Of a stretch of 64,000 nucleotides of DNA, positions 13,373 through 26,575 are shown in pieces. The notes under the pieces were generated by a model that was not told where the DNA came from, did no database searches, and saw only the letters and a program-made list of their open reading frames with translations. Every line of letters starts with the position of its first letter. The first letter of the stretch is position 1. The translations under genes and the position numbers were made by a program. The DNA is from Octopus sinensis (taxonomy: Eukaryota), in contig NC_042998.1 in NCBI RefSeq assembly GCF_006345805.1, positions 105,958,001 through 106,022,000 on the forward strand, given 5' to 3'.

Positions 13373-15744
13373 TATATATATATGTATATGTATATATATG
13401 TATATATATGTATATGTATACATATATTTGCATGTATGTATATATGTATATGTACGTACATATGTACATATAAATGCATACATATGTAGGTGCTTATATA
13501 TATATATATATCATCATCATCATTTAACGTTCACTTTCCATGCTAGCATGCGTTGGACAATTTGACTGAGGTCTGGCGAACCAGACTCCAATCTGATCTG
13601 GCAAAATTTCTACAGCTGGATGCCCTTCCTAATCCCAACCACTCTGAGAGTGTAGTGGGTGCTTTTACGTGCCATGCTTCTCATCATCATCATCATCATC
13701 ATGATGCTGGCATGGGTTGAATAGTTTGACAGGAATAGGCTAGTGAGAAAATTACACCAAGCTTAGCGTTCTATTTTGGCATGGTCTCTATAGCTGAATG
13801 CCTTTCCTAATTTCAACCACATGATTTAGATGTATATGATTTAATATTTTCTCTGCAACTATGTTTAAGAGAGCTTATGTGTTGGTATAGTCTCCTCTTT
13901 GATATGCTTTCTATTTTAGTGGTACTCTGTACAGTCACTCATGCACTAGTTATACAGTGTATAGTGACTGAACCAGTGAGATGATTAAGTGTTTCAACAA
14001 TTGCAGTTCTTCACTTTGGTTGGTTTTCTTTGTATTGTGCTGGAGGATTTTGTTGTTATGTAATGAAATGAAAAGGGGTTTACATTATTTACATTTGACA
14101 AATGAAAATAATGTAAATAATGTAAATAATGTACATAATTCCTCATCTCTTAAATATAGAACTGTATGGAAAGGGGTTGTAGAATATCAGTTAAATCTCA
14201 CATAATTAACATTCTATCATTTTTAAAACATGAAGGATAGATTTAGTTACATGTTCCTGGATATACATGTATTTTATCTTCATGTAGTCATAGCAGGAAG
14301 GTCTTTTGATCAAGAGTTTGCTTGATCAAGGGTTTGATTGATCAAGGCTAACCTAAAGCTTAAGCAATGACAATAAATGCTCTCACAAATAGATTCTGTA
14401 TGATATTCAATATGTACTTTTATGAGGGCTGCAGCACATTTTCTTAACTGCTCATGTTTCACAGCTATCTACAGAGCATCATATTTATTGCGTAAGTCTT
14501 ATTTATATATAACTTCATAAATATTTACAGATGGCATTATACGTATTAAATTATCAAAAGCTCACACTCAGACTCTTCAACCACCAGACAAACTGAAAAA
14601 TATGTTAAGAAGCATTCCATTTGTTTGTTTCAGAAAAAGAATCAAAATATCAGAAATAGACTTTCACTAAAATAAGGAATAAGAGAATATATTAAACATT
14701 ATAAGTACTTGAACAAATTTTTTAAAAGCTGCTAAATAATGGTCTGTTAAACAAGTACACAAGTTGGATTATGTGTAATGACTATCCAATCCTGAAACAT
14801 ATCTTTCTTCAGAAACAGAGCGATATTCTTTTCTTTTCTACTCTAGGCACAAGGCCTGTAAGTTTTTTTTGTTTTTTTTTTTTTTGGTGGGAGAGCAGTC
14901 AATTAGATCAACTCCAGTATGCAACTGGTACTTAATTTATCGACCCCCAAAAAGATGAAAGGCAATGCCAACCTCGGCGGAATTTGAACTCAGAATGTAA
15001 AGACAGATGAAAGAAATATTTATTTCTTTATTGCCCAGGACAGCTAAACATAGAAGGGACAAACAAGGGCAGACAAAGGTATTAAGTCGATTACATTGAC
15101 CCCAGTGTATAACTGGTACTTATTTAATCGACCCCCAAAAGGAGGAAAGGCAAAGTCGACCTCGGCAGAATTTGAACACAGAACATAACGGCAGATGAAG
15201 AAACAGCAATATTGCTGCAAGCATGGCTATGTGATAAGTTCACTTTGCATATAAAGTCAAACATGCACTTGTGATTGCATGTTTGATTCTATTGCAAAGC
15301 ACCTTAGGTAAGCATCTTCAACCATAGCATATATTTCCATAAAAGTGACAAGAGGTAGAATGTGGATAGCAAATAGAACTAAGCTCTCTTTTGTCTCTTT
15401 TACTTTTACATATGAGGTTGTATCAAAAGGTTCCCGAACTAGTTATGTTTAATAAAGAACAACTTAACATCATCTCCTTTGAAATAGTCACCTTGTGCAG
15501 CAATTCACCTGTTCCAGCATCCCTGCCACTTTTGGAATCTCATAAGTGAGTCAAGGGCCTTCTCAGTTCACTCTTGATCTCAACAACGGTGTTAAAATGG
15601 CAACTTTTGAGATGCATTTTCATCTTGGGGAAGAGATGGAAGTCTGCAGGTGCTCCTGTCAAACTGTCCAACCCATACCAGCATGGAAAATGTTAAATGA
15701 TGAAGATGATCATGATGATGATGATATGTGCATATCTTTGGCAC

Positions 15745-16055
15745 CCCATTGGTTATGACAACAAGAGTTCCAGTTGATTTGATCAATAGAACAGCCTGCT
15801 TGATAAATTAACATGCAACTGGCTGAACACTCCATAAATGCATGTACCCTTAATGTAGTTCTCAGGGAAATTCAGCATGACACAGAGTGTGACAAGGCTG
15901 GTCCTCTGAAATACAGGTACTACTCATTTTTGTCAGCTGAGTTGACTGGAGCAACATGAAATAAAGTGTCTTGCTCAAGAACACAATGCATCGCTAGGAA
16001 TTGAACTCATAACATTACAATCTAAAACCAAATACCCAACCCGCTAAGCCACACC
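15745..16055 (-). mobile_element. tRNA-derived SINE (family of 60215-60540)
   Basis: Reverse complement shares TTGAGCAAGACACTTTATTTCATGTTGCTCCAGTC and the tail with 60215-60540. Confidence 0.8.
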
Positions 16056-16496
16056 AGCTTTGCTATATGTATATATGCATATGGAAAAAGGTGACCAAAA
16101 ACATTTTCATGGAAAAAATAGAGAAAACATACAAATGAACACAAACACCCTCTCTGTCTCTCATCAGCTGTTGACCAAATACTATTAGATTTTCAATACC
16201 TTATGACAATACTATTCAATTTGGCAGTGACAGCAACATAAGCTGTTGGGATATAGATGAGCAAACACAATAAATGAACAACTATAGGAAAAAAAAAATT
16301 GAGGTAAGGATAGTGACAGAAGGAAATAAGGTCTGTAAACTGAACAATAAATATAGATGAGATATGAGTAGAGGACAAAAACTTTATTATGCAGAGCAGT
16401 ATATATACATAGGACAAATTCAAATTGGTGACAAAATTAAGATAAATTGTGCAAAGTAATACTTAGAGGAAAAATGTACTTATGTGTGTGTGTGTT

Positions 16497-16537
<41 letters not shown>

Positions 16538-17914
16538 TCAATATGGGTATGAATTTTGAAGTTTGCTGTAAAAAGCTCGTCTGCAGGTGTTGGCTAACTA
16601 ATGCTATCATAGAGTGAGATCAATCATATCAATGAATATACATCTGTAATTCCATAATATACATAGAGTTTATACTGAAATATGAATAACATAAAATGGA
16701 TTGAGCAACATAGCAACATGCTTTATTGCATAACACTACAATTATTTCCGTGTCGATTCACCAGTAAAAATATTGCAGAATCATTATACAAAGCATAAAT
16801 TAACGCGCCTTGTCAGTGTTGGTGCCATGCAAGAAGCACTGGCGATGATGCCCTGTAAAATGAATGATAAATTTGTACTCTACAAAAGTATAGAGTAACC
16901 CATCAGATTTAATGTAAAATTGTTTTTATCATAACTGAACAAACAGTTATCATAACTGAACAAAACGGTGGTGGTGGTGGTGGTGATGATGATGTAAATA
17001 TATGGCTTCCAGTAATTCAGAAGTATTCATAAATAAAAAGCTCCTTAATGTATCATTCTTCTACAAAATATACTGAATATATAATGTGATACAAGAGAAT
17101 GTAGCTTAATTTCTGCATTATTTTAAAGATTTTTTTTGTATTATTCCAGACATGTAAGTAATTTATTTATTAATTAAATACAATGAGATAAATTATCTTT
17201 ACAAGCTTGAAGTACCAAAACAATTTGTCATGATATTTGAATTTTCATATAGTTAAAGAAATTTCACCATATTATTTCTCTGGTCATTTATAACTTTATA
17301 TATATATCATCACCAACAGCAGCAGCAGCAGCAGCATTTAACATCTGTTTTCCATGCTGATATGGGTTGGATGGTTTGACATGGAAATGGCCAGCTAGGC
17401 ATGCTGTCCAGACTCCAGTTGTCTGTTGTGGTATGTTTTCTATGGCTAGATGCTCTTCCTAATGTCAACGACTCTACAGAGCATGCTGTGTGCATTTTAC
17501 ATTCCACTGGCATGAGTGCATTTATGCAGTACCAGCACAAGTGTATTTTATGTGGTACCAGCACCTGTAAAGAACAAGTCTGTATGTATGGATGATATAC
17601 AGTATATATATATATTATATATATATCATTCTTCAATGTCCATTTTTCCATCCTAACATGGGTTGGATGGAATTTATTGAGGCAGATATTTTACAGCTGG
17701 ATGCCCTTCCTGATACCAACCCTCACTTGCTTCTTCAAGGCCAGACATGTTTCGCAGAACGTTGGAAATGAATAACAAACCTTCCAGACAAGAAAACAAA
17801 AGCATACACATACTCAACACTTGATCAAAAGGCCACACAGTGGGACTGAATATAGTACCATGTAGTTTGAAAGCAAACTTCCTAACTACACAACTACACT
17901 TTTGCCTATAAGCC

Positions 17915-18088
17915 CTGTATGTGTGTGTGTGTGTGTGTGTATCTGTGTGTGTGTGTGTTTGTGTGTGTGTGAGTGTGTGTGTATCTGTGTGTGGTGTGTG
18001 TATCTGTGTGTGTGTGTTTGTGTGTGTGTGAGTGTGTGTGTATCTGTGTGTGTGTGTGTGTGTGTGTGTGAGTGTGTGTGTATCTGTG

Positions 18089-18119
<31 letters not shown>

Positions 18120-18120
18120 C
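17915..18120. repeat. Compound (TG)n microsatellite with recurring GTATCT/GAGT interruptions
   Basis: Direct reading; source of the poly-CV/HT ORFs. Confidence 0.95.
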
Positions 18121-18277
18121 ATGTCAAATTATTCAGGTAAATCAAATTTCTCTTTCTCTCTATCCCTTGGCTTTTCTGTTTCTATGTGTATATATTTCTA
18201 TGCATGTGTACATATGTATGTAAGGATTGATGTATGTGTGTGTGTGTATCTATCTATCTATCTATCTATATATATAT

Positions 18278-18322
<45 letters not shown>

Positions 18323-18426
18323 ATCAAATGTGAGGATAAAATACTTTTCAAAAAAAAATATTTTCTCGAAAAAATTTTATCAATGGCCAGCATATTAAAA
18401 AATACCTTTAACGGTTAAATTTATAA

Positions 18427-18770
18427 ACAATTCATAAATGAGGGCAAAGGAAAAAAATTCTAATGCCAAATATGCCGAAAAATTGGACATATTGTCCATT
18501 AACCATATAATTTTTTCACAATACGCACGCTACTCGATAAAAGGTCGACAGAAATTTCTAAAAAATTCCATTATTACCATATCGGACCGATTTCAGAGTT
18601 AGCTACTAAGAGCCCTCTCTTCGTCAGTGATACATGTGGTAAAAGAAATAAATGAGATACTTACTCGCACCCATGGAAGAAGTAAGTTATATGGTTAATG
18701 GACAATATGTCCAATTTTTCGGCATATTTGGCATTCAAATTTCTTTTCCTTTGCCCTCATTTATGAATTG

Positions 18771-18771
<1 letters not shown>
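18427..18771. mobile_element. PLE-type inverted repeat (84/85-bp arms) enclosing a hammerhead motif
   Basis: 18427-18510 is the near-perfect reverse complement of 18687-18771 (1 indel, few mismatches); (TA)n-rich tracts on both sides. Confidence 0.8.
18580..18632 (-). ncRNA. Minimal type I hammerhead ribozyme motif (slightly degenerate)
   Basis: tatca-CTGACGA-agag...ctct-GAAA-tcgg-TC-cgata. Core intact; one stem I mismatch and a near-palindromic stem III (ATCGGT). Confidence 0.7.
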
Positions 18772-18817
<46 letters not shown>

Positions 18818-18926
18818 TATATATATGTATAAGCCAAATGATACCATAACCTTGTGGCTTATGCCAGGGGTGTAACCAGCCCACTTACAAGGGAGCTAAT
18901 ACCCCTGCTCAACTTTAAATGGTACC

Positions 18927-18967
18927 TGCGGACCATGGTTTCACAGTTGTTTCTCTTCATCGGCACA
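18927..18967 (-). ncRNA. Hammerhead-like motif, U4C variant
   Basis: tgtg-CCGATGA-agag aaacaa ctgt-GAAA-CCATGG-TC-cgca. Stem III palindrome ACCATGGT and a GUC site; one stem II mismatch. Confidence 0.55.
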
Positions 18968-19424
18968 AGATAACTGTTGGCTAGAGATGGCAGCACTAGG
19001 CCTTGTTTGAGGTATATACTTTTAAAGTGACACAGTCACTGATCTTGTAAGAAGGAAAACCATTAGTTTTAAATCTCTGAGTTAGAAGTAAGTAGTAACA
19101 GTACAACAGAATAAAATCTATTTGTCAACGTAGATTGGCAGATCTGAACAGCGATGACAAAACCAGTATGATTTTCTATATTGATTCACAATGATTTTTA
19201 TAATTCTTAATTCCAACTCAAATAATTTATTTGTATGTATATATCTTCGTTTTTATAAAAAAAAGCCATTACTTTTATACTTCGTGTGCATTTTCTTTGC
19301 TTCTTTTTACTTTTCCCCTATGTGTATATATATATAGTTGAAATTTACAAGAAAACTATAGATGAAGACAGGTGTATAAACAACAAGCAGGTGTATTAGT
19401 TTGATGCTTGGGAAGGTGAGAAAG

Positions 19425-19462
19425 TCTTTTATGTTTCGAGCCTGTGCTCTTCAGCAGAAAGG
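19425..19462 (-). ncRNA. Hammerhead-like motif with non-canonical position 6, in a PLE pLTR fragment (about 19340-19490)
   Basis: cttt-CTGCTGA-a-gagc acag gctc-GAAA-CA-TA-aaag; same family as 50503-50538. Confidence 0.55.
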
Positions 19463-19484
19463 AACACGAGGAAATAAGCAAAGA

Positions 19485-19533
<49 letters not shown>

Positions 19534-20724
19534 TATATGTATATACATATATATACACACATACTTACACACACATATATATAGATACATACATGCATGC
19601 ATGCATATATAAATACACACACACATATGTAGGCACATATGATCTCTATTATTTTATTGGTCTATTAATCATATGGCAAAAAATACTTTTACATATGTAT
19701 TTTGTGTTATAAAGTACATTTTTTCCATTGTTGTATGGCTAATTTATCTTATTTGTCTTGATTCTGTTGCTTCTGTTTCTTAGATTTCAATACTTACTTT
19801 TATTCTCTTTTCCTTTCTTCCTTTATTATTTAGTTAAAGATAATTTCTATTTGATGCAATTTAAGTCTGCAGCACTGGAGGCACTATATGTAGTCTTAAC
19901 AACACATTTATTGATTCTCAGCATTTGCTGGTCACAGTAACCAAATAAATATCTACATAATCAAAATCTATATCATTATTTTACTTCACTAATTCTCATG
20001 TACGTAAAATTAAGTAACACATGCATCAACATATGTATATGCACTTATAATACAATTACATTAATAAATATATAATTACTCTTATGTCATACCTACATCA
20101 TATATATCCTTAAATATACACAGACAAGCACATCCATACACATATATTAACTAATTAATTATGCACTAAACAGCGGTCATTCTCTATGATATCTATAGTG
20201 TAGTGAAAACAAAAGGATTTTCTCACATTTTATTCCTTTAACATTAGACTGATATATTTAAATTTTAAATTCTAATTAAAATTCATTTCTTCATTATTTT
20301 ACATTAATTTACCCTCATTTAATTTGCTTTACCATTATAAATTTTACATCTTTCTTACATGTTAATTTTTGCTTTCCATAACGCTTCAATTTACTAATAA
20401 TTATTAACTGTTTGTAAGTTGGACAAAATTCTTAGCAGTATGTCTTCTGAATCTTTACGTTCACAATACAAATTTCTTTGAGATAAATTTTGATTTTCAA
20501 TCATTTGAGGTAAGCAGAATAATTACCAGTTTAATACTGGAGTCAATAAAATGGACAAGCCCCTTCCCACAAAAATTTCTGGCCTTGTGCCTATAGTAGA
20601 AAGGATTCTTCTTCTTATAATAATAATTATTATTTGATGAAAACTCTCAGCTTATTTTTCTGGGTATGATGGAAACTGTCAGCTGTTCACAGCCAGCAGA
20701 CTAGGGTGACACTTGTTCACTGAT

Positions 20725-21060
20725 CATGCTTCAAGAATCCTGCAGAGAATTCTTGCAGTTCCAAGCAATGAAGATTTTTGTTGGTGTTCTATCTTTGCAT
20801 TTGTACCAATCTTTTTAAGCTATGCTGGTAGTTGAATGCTGATACCTCCAAGCATGCCAATTACTATTGGTTTCAGTCCACACTCTTCATTACCCACAGT
20901 CTGCTTATTTCCCACTTCAAATCGTCATAGTTGTTCACTTTTTCTTCTTTCTCTTCAATCCTGTTATCACCAGGACATGCTATGTCAATTATCAGGCATG
21001 TTTTTTTATTTTCTCTTCACCACAAATGTCAGGTTTCCAATATTATTCTTTGTCTCTGGA
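20725..21060 (-). mobile_element. R4/Dong-like LINE 3' end, restriction-like endonuclease domain
   Basis: TCLIIDIACPGDNRIEEKEEK..YDDLKWEISRLW...PIVIGMLG...QKSSLLGTARIL; frameshifts and stops. Confidence 0.75.
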
Positions 21061-21649
21061 GCCAGAGGACACTTGTTCATGGCTCATAAATTTTCTTTAA
21101 AATTGTTTGTTGTTTTATTAATTGGTATTCCAAATTTTGTTGAACTGTTAACTAAATGACCCAGCTCACTGCAAGTGAGGTGACCTGGCTTGATGAGAAT
21201 TTGTCCTTTAAAGGCGAATCTTGGCATTTAAAACTGAAAATTTAATATTTCTAAACAAAAAATATCAACATGGCTTCCCAAATCAAGGGAAGCGATAGTT
21301 GTTGGAACAGCCATTCTGACATTGTTTACCTTCCACGAGTTGATGTGGTCAAGAAATGAAGCGCAGATAGCAGCAGCAACATCAACAACAACAACAGCAG
21401 CAGCAAGGGCCACAGATACAGCATCAACAACCATGATATATTTAAGAATGACACAAGCATGAACTCCATCACCATCCCCAATACCACCACCACTACCACT
21501 ACTGCCACCATTACCGTTACCACCTCTAACACAAACGTTAATGAAATGACAACATGAGCCATTCTTATTTCTAAGCAGAATGGGAATGGTTTTGCTCAAG
21601 CTTGTCAGAGAATAGAGGTTGAATAGACAGAAAAAATATTGAGTGAAGC

Positions 21650-22550
21650 CAAACCACACTGAACAAATAATGTCAGAACAGTCTCCCTTAACACACCAGA
21701 GGAAGTGCAGGAAGACACTAAAAACAAAAAACTATATATAAATGTATTTTGTTAAAGACAAGGGGACTGGGGCAAGCAACACAGGCTTAGATCAAAAATA
21801 GCCTGAAACTCGTCTGGGGCTTAAAATTTATGTCTCCCATGGAAGATGCTTTGGCACAGTTGAGGTAAGATTCTCAACTGAAGAATTTGCCGAAAGAAAT
21901 GCAACAACCCTCAAACATGAGGAATTATGGTTAATTATAACATACTGCAGTCGGAGGGTTCTCAAAATAAAGGCAGCAGAAGTGCCATCAGAAGTGAACA
22001 TCTCTTTGCTCATGGCAGACAGCATAGAGTACAAAACAAAAATTCTGCAAGTTCAGAAAATGGAAAAAAAGAAATGGTCAGGCATGGGCATGGAATTATG
22101 GATTCACACCCATCTGCTCAGTATCGAATTCATCCCTGACCTGATCAACCTTCCTACTTGTATCAGTAAAGAGCAGAAAGCCAAAATGCAATACTTATGG
22201 TGAACAAATCATTTCTGTCTCATGCAAACAAAAGGGAAAACCCTTCTGCTGCAGACACTGCTAACACAACAACAACAACTGCATCAAAAACAACAGCAGC
22301 AGCACCACCAACAACAACAGTAACAGCATCAGTGCAAAAAGCAGCAGCATCCAAAACAACAGCAGTATCAACAGAAAGAGCAGCAGGAAAGATCCATTCA
22401 ATAACATCAACATTAAGCACCAGTACTACACCCAAAGAAAACAATAACATCATTTACACAGTCACAACCAGACCACCAGCTAAAAAATGTGTGACTGTAC
22501 AGACATACTTCTTCCCATTGCCACAGAAGTTTCTGACTGCAAAACCCAGC
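21650..22550 (+). mobile_element. Degenerate ORF1 of a Tx1/L1-like LINE
   Basis: GTVEVRFSTEEFAERNAT..SRRVLKIKAAEVPSEV.., a decayed knuckle (RKPKCNT.GE) and a Thr/Ala-rich tail; assignment from recalled family similarity. Confidence 0.45.
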
Positions 22551-22879
22551 TAGTCCTGAACCCCCACCCCCACCCCAGAATGGATCCTGGTGAAAGAAAA
22601 AGGAAAAATAATTACAAAATGAAAAGTGCAGTACAAGTCTAAAAATAAAGAGATTAGAGCAGGTGACACAGAAACCAACAAACCATCACACACCCATGCA
22701 CCCTACACCAATTCAATTACAAACATTTCCAACAATAAAAATAGTACCAATGTAACAAACACCTCAACAAACAAAAACACATAGTAATCCAGACCAGTGA
22801 CATGAACAGCACTCCTAATGCACTGCAAACAATATGAATTTAATAAAACATCAAAAAATACACAGACATTATTCTAATT

Positions 22880-23005
22880 CAGTGCTTCTCAACCTTTTTA
22901 CATATCTCAAGGAACTCCTGCACAAAAAAAAAACTTATATATCTTTCTCATATTTTTTCATCATAGTTCCCATGGTAAATATCATATATATGTATGTATA
23001 TATAT

Positions 23006-23048
<43 letters not shown>

Positions 23049-24658
23049 TGATAACTGGTTTAAGAAAAAAATAATACTTCTTTGTTAAATTTATTGGTAA
23101 TGCTAGATAAGATTCATACTGCTCATTTATGATTCTTCATCATGGAGTTGTCATTCACACACAAAATAATCTAAACTTAAATGTTAAAAATAAGTATAAG
23201 TAACCAGTATCATATACCTATGATACATGAATGTAAACGGAATGAAAACAGATAATTGTGTATCAATTTATTATTTATTTATTTTTTACTGCCAATGTTG
23301 AAAAGACAGAAGATAAATCAAGGAAAAATGTATTGTGAATCAATGAATTATACAAGGAAATAATACTTTCAAAGCCATTTGATATAGTGAAATATGCTTC
23401 TCTAATGTGAAACCTGTGTCTGTCTTTTGCTATGTAAATATTTAATTCAAGGTCAAACTTTAGATAAATACACACAGATCTCATTTTCAATAGAAAGGAG
23501 ATGATTTCTGTCTTTGCTCTTGATACTTGTTAAATAAGAAAAGCATGCTCACACATGCAAGAGGTTGAAAACACAGTCCATCCAAGAGAGACCTCTTGTT
23601 TCCAGTTATGAGGACAAAATGTTGAATACATCTAATCCTTTGCTTGTCTCAGGCAGTTCTTTGCAGCATAGGAAATTTTCTTGAATTTCACCTTCATTGA
23701 CAAATCGTATAAAAGCTAATGGCAATTATTGGTAAGCTCTGTTGATTCATCAACCTGAATAGGAAAACTGCTATTTTTCAATTTGTCATGCAAACCTCTT
23801 CAATGTCATGTACCCTATCATCAATGTATCAACTTATTGTACTATCTGAAAATGGAATATTTTCAATTTCTTGTTGTGCATTTTGCTCAAGCATTTTACT
23901 GACTATAACTTTACAGGCTGGTAATATTGAGTTCTCACCAACTATGTGACTTTTCCTTTTCTGTGTAATAATTTCTGCTACCAAATAACTTGCTTCAAGA
24001 GCCTTTTCACTGACACTAACTTTACTCATAAAAGCTGTACTTTGTTTCCTCTGAGATTCCAACAGCCTTTTAAAAAACTCTGCACTCTGATTTTTCATAT
24101 GACTGTGATTTGTTGTGAAGTGTCCATTTTGTTGAGCTGGAGCCATTGCTGCATTTGAAAATTGTTTGCCCCAGACAACACAATGGAATGGGAGAACTTG
24201 AATCACCGGTCCACATGAAGCCCATTGATAATTAACTTTCATTGTGAAGACAGATCTTCTTTCTTTCCATTGTTGAAATACTAGTGCTGTGGAATTGGTC
24301 AGGAGCCTATGGCTCTTCATCACTAGCTTCATCCAAATTTACTGAATGTTTCCTCTTCAAAAACCTCCACATTGGTTATTTAGGTATTTCTGTAAAATTA
24401 AAGAAAAAATACAGGGTGTCCATAAATTACAGACATCACTAAATATATTCCCAATGGTTGTTGTATTTTTTGGATAATGCAATAGGTTATGTAGGATGAT
24501 GTCTATATTACAATATTACAATAACCAATAAGATGTGCATGTGTAGTAATATTATGATCTTGAAATTAACATTATCTTATTTCACTCTTTCTTGCACAAT
24601 CCTGAGGAATCTTTTGTGGAACCCTAGGGTACCAGAGAACCCAGGTTGAGAAACGCTG
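22880..24658 (-). mobile_element. hAT (Charlie/Buster-type) DNA transposon, internally deleted
   Basis: TIRs CAGTGCTTCTCAACC / GGTTGAGAAACGCTG (13/15); flanks TTCTAATT / CTCTAAAT (6/8, central TA); transposase remnant KALEASYLVAEIITQKRKSHIVGENSILPACK...IPFSDSTIS (ORF 23829-24332). Confidence 0.85.
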
Positions 24659-24994
24659 CTCTAAATAAATACATTGCATCCTCACATAACTCATATTCAC
24701 ATAAAAATTATTAGAACAATATAACAAACTTATAACAGATTAAAAGCAAAATATCTCAAAGGAGTGGCAGATTTTCATGGGGTCATAAACAAGATTCTCT
24801 TCATTCTCCTTCTCTATGACAAACATGTCTTTGCTCAGTATAGGCAGTATAAATGCACGTGGCCTTGGAAACAGAGCAACCTACTGAATGAACTCAAGTC
24901 ACTAAGATCAGTGAAACCAGATTCTCCAAGCAACAAGCTTTCATGCCCATTTTTAGTGAATACGAGATTTACTTATCTCCATGTCAACTAGGAA

Positions 24995-26190
24995 TGGGGA
25001 AAGGACTTGACCCAGAAGGTATGTTGGTAGTCCTGGATGTAAACAGTAGTGATGAGGGTGCCTTCAGACTGGTGGCTGCTTATGCTCCAACATGGGCAGG
25101 ACAACCAGATTCTTCAGACATCTGGAGATTTCAGAGGCAATGTCTCAACCTTTAGTGCTAATGGGTGACTGGGGCACCATCTTGAACACATGTTTAGACT
25201 GTTAGAAGAGGATTGTGCAAAAGCCTTGCAAACCTGCTCAGATGTTTTCAACTGGCTGACAAATCACCAACTGCAACTGAATTACCCAAATGTGCCAGTG
25301 TGGACATAGATGAACTGCATCAAGTCATCTAGGTTGTATCAAAATAGAGTATTCTGTAGGTCAATAGATACATTTTTAAAGTCGTCAGCTACACTGACTA
25401 CAAATCTGGGATCTGCAAGGTCAACTTAGATTGACTTTACATGTAGGGATCCAGTTACTGGAAGTTGAACGCTGTATTAGTTAAGTGGGCATTGATAGAG
25501 TCAGTCATCACCAACAAATGGTGGTTTACCATGAAAAGGTCAACTAGGGTCGAATCAATTAGGTTTAGTAAAACATTAGAGAAAGAAAGCAATAGGCTAG
25601 AGGGAGAGCTTGATTAGAGGATCACAACCAATGTGCAAGTGATGAAATTGGCCCTAGACCAATTTTTCAATGTTAAGCATGAAGGATGCATTGTCAGAGC
25701 TAAGGCAAATATTCTAAGAAACAAGGAAGCAAAAGACACTTGGTAAGCCTAAGTAGCAGAGGGGGTCGGGGGGGCAAATCATCTGGTTTGGATAGTCTGC
25801 CCTATGAGATTTATGGTTATATGCCACACACTTGTGTGGAAGCCTTTTATAGCACACAACTAGAATTCCTAGTTTTGTGAGTTGAGGAATGGTGGTACTG
25901 CTGTTAAAAGACCTAAACAAAGGAAGTCAAGATGAAATGTTTAGGTCTACAGTGCTTCTGAACACAGATATCAAAATTTTAGACAAAATGTTAGCAAAGA
26001 GGTTGGCACTGGTTACTGAGGAGCTGATTGGTGATGCACAAACATGTGCCATGCCAAGCAAATCCATCCACAACAACCTCCACCTCATGTAATACATTAT
26101 AGAGACGGTGAGCAAAGAAGCTGACATGGGTAGATAGATTTGAATCAATCTAAAGCCTTTGATAGAGTCAACCACCAATACTTGGTGGCC
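24995..26190 (+). mobile_element. Tx1/L1-like LINE ORF2 remnant (APE endonuclease and RT start)
   Basis: GMLVVLDV..FRLVAAYAP (APE-like) and LLNTDIKILDKMLAKRL..LIGDAQTCAMPSKSIHNNLHLM (RT N-terminal block); many lesions. Confidence 0.8.
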
Positions 26191-26229
26191 ATTCTAATGG
26201 ATAGCATTCTGGGTGTTGCACTAAAGTGC

Positions 26230-26575
26230 ACCAATTACTACAGGAATAATTGTTGCCTTGGTCTTCTACAGTCTTCTCAGCTCTCTGTCTAGATCCTGAT
26301 ATTTCTCAGTTTTTTCAATTTCTTTCATATTGACACTGCTATAATAAGGAATTGCAAAATCTATGACCTTCCACTGTTTGTTTATTTTGTCCTCTATGAT
26401 CATATCCGGTCTCCTTGCTTCAGTAGTATGGTCAGTATTTATGGGGAAATCCCACATCTTGCAATTCTCATTTTCTATCACAGCCTCTGGTTTCTGTTCA
26501 TACCACTTTTCTGACTTTCTACACTTTCCAAGCTACTTGTTTCCACTTGTGCACAATCTTCAAAACTGATCATCC
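26230..26575 (-). mobile_element. R4/Dong-like LINE remnant, restriction-like endonuclease domain
   Basis: ENCKMWDFPINTDHTTEARRPDMIIEDK..VIDFAIP..KEIEKTEKYQDLDRELRRL (PD..D..K motif). Confidence 0.8.

Noticed and set aside
14465-14491. 27-nt plus-strand microexon (cag|...|gtaagt)
   Set aside because: Good splice motifs alone are expected by chance in 64 kb; no neighbouring exons found.
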